Positions 25,581 to 25,883 of a DNA stretch of 25,883 nucleotides are shown one piece after another (the first letter of the stretch is position 1; every line of letters starts with the position of its first letter). This DNA comes from a virus. Taxonomy: Duplodnaviria; Caudoviricetes. Where the stretch lies: IMG/VR virus record IMGVR_UViG_3300016265_000020, positions 1-25,883 of that record, one strand, 5' to 3'. The notes beneath the pieces were generated by a model that was given only the letters and a program-made list of their open reading frames with translations, ran no database searches and had not been told where the DNA came from. Position numbers and translations under genes: made by a program.

Positions 25581-25614
25581 ATTATGTTCTTTCTAAATTT
25601 ACATCTATTTCTTT

Positions 25615-25883
25615 AGACATAACTTCCCCAAGGGTGGTAAGCGTGTAGTTTCCTACGCTGTACCGACCTATCCCATATCTATGACAGAGGTTATGCACAT
25701 ATATTTGATTAAGCACAAATAGATACCAGAGCTACACAGAGTGAATGTTCAATCGAGCTAGAGTCTTGTCCCACCATGTCCTCTAGTCTTGTGCTGTACC
25801 CATTTAAGTCAGCGAGGCTTGCTACGGGGTGTACGTTAGCCTATGTTTCCTTCCACGCCACCCATGTAGGTGCTTTGCTCTCG
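25615..25883 (-). ncRNA. Candidate structured non-coding RNA (5' end possibly outside window)
   Basis: No ORF of 60 aa or more. Several non-overlapping stems, including a GTAG-GAAA-CTAC tetraloop hairpin, are enclosed by a GGGTGG/CCACCC long-range pair. No family recognised. Confidence 0.45.

Noticed and set aside
25615-25883. tRNA, tmRNA, CRISPR array or self-cleaving ribozyme in the terminal non-coding region
   Set aside because: No T-loop GTTCRA or cloverleaf, no regularly spaced direct repeats, and no CUGANGA hammerhead core.
1-25883. Integrase, att site, IS element or alternative genetic code
   Set aside because: No recombinase or transposase motifs; long genes translate intact in the standard code, and TAA, TAG and TGA are all used as stops.

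Overview
A ~26 kb segment of a tailed dsDNA bacteriophage (Caudoviricetes) with P22-like podovirus gene organisation. Every credible gene is on the minus strand, and many are chained by ATGA/TAATG overlaps. In the direction of transcription (right to left) the window contains: (1) a ~350 nt non-coding, apparently structured region and a sigma70-like promoter; (2) small early genes, including a wHTH protein, a Zn-finger protein and two mosaic variable proteins; (3) a stand-alone replication-initiator C-terminal-like domain; (4) an AT-rich cassette with a TAGT/GREB1-like glycosyltransferase and a small partner; (5) nin-like genes (DUF1364-like, RusA), a Dps/ferritin-like protein and several small basic proteins; (6) TerS, TerL and portal; (7) a three-gene fibre-like cassette lying inside the head module; (8) scaffold, major capsid and decoration genes followed by a terminator; (9) adaptor, tail hub, a GNAT-like protein and three ejection proteins, the largest carrying an N-terminal lambda-R-type lytic transglycosylase; (10) the start of the tail-fibre genes. 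Best leads are the candidate structured ncRNA, the glycosyltransferase cassette with no base-modifying enzyme in the window, and a 43-aa C-terminal module shared by the tail fibre and the head-module fibre. All family calls come from motif recognition and synteny; no database searches were run.
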